Assembly (NCBI GenBank): GCA_023138735.1
Contig: JAGLOY010000105.1
Location: 393-64,392 of the forward strand
Length of the DNA: 64,000 nt
Origin: Candidatus Aegiribacteria sp.
GTDB taxonomy: Bacteria > Fermentibacterota > Fermentibacteria > Fermentibacterales > JCC-6
Direction of reading: 5' to 3'
Part shown: positions 62,814-64,000 of the stretch, piece by piece
Numbering within the stretch: position 1 is the stretch's first letter
How the letters are laid out: every line of letters starts with the position of its first letter
Translations under genes and position numbers: made by a program
The notes under the pieces: model-generated
Seen by the model: only the letters and a program-made list of their open reading frames with translations
What the model was told of the DNA's origin: nothing
Database searches by the model: none

Positions 62814-63233
62814 TTATTCCCCGATTATCTTCACCATAACACGTTTGCGGCGGCGGCCATCGAACTCACCATAGAAGATCTGTTCCCACGGGCCAAGGTC
62901 CAGCTTTCCATCGGTGACCGCTACAACTACTTCCCTCCCCATTATCTGCCGCTTGTGATGGGCATCTCCATTGTCTTCACCCGTTCTGTTATGTCTGTAT
63001 CGAGAAGTGGGTTCATGCGGTGCAAGCTGTTCGAGCCATTCATCGTAATCCTGAATGAGGCCGGATTCATCGTCATTTATGTAAACACTTGCGGTTATGT
63101 GCATTGCGTTTACAAGGCAGAGGCCTTCCTTGATGCCACTTACCCGCAATTCCTTGTCAACTGCCGATGTAATATTGATATAACCTCTCCGATTCGGAGT
63201 GTTGAACCAGAGGTACTCTCTATGTGATTTCAT
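62814..63233 (-). CDS. yjbQ: YjbQ/UPF0047 family protein (secondary thiamine-phosphate synthase-like)
   Basis: 139 aa with [22 protein letters not shown] and [14 protein letters not shown] motifs. Confidence 0.85.
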   Translation of the reverse strand: MKSHREYLWFNTPNRRGYINITSAVDKELRVSGIKEGLCLVNAMHITASVYINDDESGLIQDYDEWLEQLAPHEPTSRYRHNRTGEDNGDAHHKRQIMGREVVVAVTDGKLDLGPWEQIFYGEFDGRRRKRVMVKIIGE

Positions 63234-63304
63234 ATCTGCTCCCGGTAAGGTAAGACCTCATTATCGTCAGGTATATCCATCTCTATCTTTACAAGTTCCC
63301 AGCA
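63230..63304 (-). pseudogene. Relic of a DUF503 C-terminus ([24 protein letters not shown])
   Basis: Roughly three-quarters nucleotide identity by eye over about 60 bp to 63678-63740, the end of the intact DUF503 gene. Its stop overlaps the yjbQ ATG. Confidence 0.55.
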
Positions 63305-63314
63305 TAGATATGGT

Positions 63315-63667
63315 CTAGAAAGTAATAACCTTATCGCATTCAAGTGACCACCGAGCAAATTCCTTCATATTGCTTAAATGAACACCGTCGATAAAGTCCA
63401 GAGTATCAATCCCGCGCGATTCTGAACATCCAATACAGGATCTGATTTCTCCACCTTTGCTAATGACAGATTTTAACATTCTTTCTATGTTATAATATCC
63501 GGCAGGAGTCTCTGCTCAGGTAACCCGCAGAACACGGCATCTGCAAGCAGGAATATCTTGACTTCCGCTTCGGCATTCTCTTTCTGGATCGCCATCGCCA
63601 ATCTCAGAGCATTGAAAGCCTTCTCTGTTCCGTAGGGGGCATCGTTGATTATTATTAGGATCTTCAA
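63315..63667 (-). pseudogene. DsrE/DsrF-like protein interrupted by a 1-nt frameshift
   Basis: N-terminal 60 aa (MKILIIINDAPYGTEKAFNALRLA...) stop at 63485. The family-typical continuation TPAGYYNIERML...CIGCSESRGI runs in another frame over 63318-63515. Total length is 353 nt. Confidence 0.65.
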
Positions 63668-63993
63668 ACTCCTCCTTCTTCCCAGTCAGGTAAAACTTCG
63701 TTGTCACCGAGTATATCCATTTCTAACGCAACAAGTTCCCAGTTAGGGTTATATAAGAGTTTCTCAGCTTTGTCCAGTGATCTTCTGATCCCGGCTTCAG
63801 TGCCTGAGATGAAAACAGCCATAAGCCACCCGCGCTGAATGAGGTTTGAAGGACCAATCTGTGCAACGGAGAATCCCATGTTGGAAAGTCGATCTTTCAG
63901 GGAATGCAGATGTCCCCTTCTGTCTTTGAGGGTTCTGCAGCCCCTGAAAAATAACTCAACCCTGATAATGCCCAGGTAGTAGTCAATCTTCAT
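63664..63993 (-). CDS. DUF503 (YlxP-like) family protein
   Basis: 109 aa. LFFRGCRTLKDRRGHLHSLKDRL pattern is typical of DUF503. Stop overlaps the DsrE-like start. Confidence 0.75.
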   Translation of the reverse strand: MKIDYYLGIIRVELFFRGCRTLKDRRGHLHSLKDRLSNMGFSVAQIGPSNLIQRGWLMAVFISGTEAGIRRSLDKAEKLLYNPNWELVALEMDILGDNEVLPDWEEGGV

Positions 63994-64000
63994 AATAACG

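Noticed and set aside
62808-63227. A 139-aa + strand ORF exactly mirrors the 139-aa yjbQ ORF.
   Set aside because: The minus-strand product has clear YjbQ/UPF0047 motifs. The plus-strand product has none and is best explained as an antisense shadow ORF.
1-64000. I looked for CRISPR arrays, IS elements, integrases, prophage genes, tRNA and rRNA genes.
   Set aside because: I saw no regularly spaced direct repeats, no transposase, integrase or recombinase-like translation in the ORF track, and no intergenic stretch with tRNA-like or rRNA-like features. The only repeat structure suggesting DNA rearrangement is the 26-bp set at 36885-38249, which is reported as a finding.

Overview
This window looks like a chromosomal segment from an anaerobic, probably uncultivated bacterium. 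Three secreted proteins carry Por/T9SS-style C-terminal sorting domains, which suggests the FCB superphylum; that placement is inference only. I see about 62 protein genes, one TPP riboswitch, and no rRNA, tRNA, CRISPR array, transposase or integrase. Layout: (1) 1-5028 holds mrpA(C-term)BCDEFG antiporter genes, then a NuoI-like 2[4Fe-4S] protein and a [NiFe]-hydrogenase endopeptidase. (2) 5030-15153 holds the full maturation set hypBA / hypFCDE, bracketed by two paralogous polytopic membrane proteins, plus an orphan histidine kinase. (3) 15450-19131 is a tight acpS / ACS-like ligase / carrier protein / Kbl-like alpha-oxoamine synthase cassette. (4) 21027-32504 is a 12-gene co-directional array that joins an MglA/MglB(Roadblock) small-GTPase module and a DnaA-domain-III AAA+ protein to an Mvh-like [NiFe]-hydrogenase. 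That hydrogenase is flanked by V4R-domain proteins and followed by a CAP_ED protein and a GGDEF-STAND-TPR protein. This array is my best candidate for an undescribed system. (5) 32640-38795 holds a sulfatase-like lipoprotein, two B12-binding radical SAM enzymes, an S41-like lipoprotein gene bounded by 26-bp repeats, and ogt. (6) 39087-50570 holds housekeeping and accessory genes, including kbl, an MFS transporter, riboswitch-controlled thiC, a cyclophilin fusion and tdh. (7) 50646-59393 is an operon of three very large secreted proteins, one of which has a C11 tract just after its start codon. (8) 59676-63993 holds a PAS-GGDEF operon, yjbQ, a frameshifted DsrE-like gene and a DUF503 gene. All functional calls come from motif recognition in the supplied translations, not from database searches.
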